Made by a program: the position numbers and the translations under genes. Positions 5,708 through 5,746 of a stretch of 5,746 bases of DNA are shown here, in pieces. Numbering within the stretch: position 1 is the first letter of the stretch; every line of letters starts with the position of its first letter. The DNA lies in NCBI RefSeq assembly GCF_006345805.1, contig NW_021829499.1, forward strand, positions 1 to 5,746, given 5' to 3'. The stretch comes from Octopus sinensis. Taxonomy: Eukaryota. Below the pieces are notes generated by a model. That model was not told where the DNA came from and did not search any database. It worked only from the letters and a program-made list of their open reading frames with translations.

Positions 5708-5746
5708 GGTGCAGAAGTGGCTGTGTGGTAAGAAACTTGTTTCCCA
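5708..5746 (+). mobile_element. 5' tRNA-like head of a SINE running off the window edge
   Basis: GGTGCAGAAGTGGCTGTGTGGTAAGAAACTTGTTTCCCA contains an A-box-like TGGCTGTGTGG and matches the recalled head of the same family as 3595-3677. Confidence 0.7.

Overview
AT-rich, repeat-dominated eukaryotic non-coding DNA with no intact host gene. The SINE sequences match, from memory, families I associate with Octopus, so the taxon is an inference. Contents in order: (1) a decayed IS630-Tc1-mariner element of the DD37D (maT-like) class on + (~904-1882), with an open N-terminal HTH region and a destroyed catalytic domain; (2) (ATAG)24; (3) a ~200 bp 3' end of a probable RTE-type LINE encoding a C2H2 finger, sitting between two (ATGT)n tracts; (4) a tRNA-derived SINE on - (3239-3581); (5) fragments of a second SINE family; (6) many CA/TG/TA microsatellites; (7) a unique, motif-rich segment at ~4550-5200. 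The main observation is a 141 bp composite insert in the SINE, at the position where its B-box should be. It is made of a 127/128-identical inverted copy of the local transposase (donor 1487-1632, with an 18 bp skip between GTCAG microhomologies) followed by a 16 nt exact copy of 4969-4984. This looks like the scar of a recent multi-template-switch repair event that used donors on both sides of the break. I found no CRISPR array, rRNA, intact tRNA or prokaryotic system.
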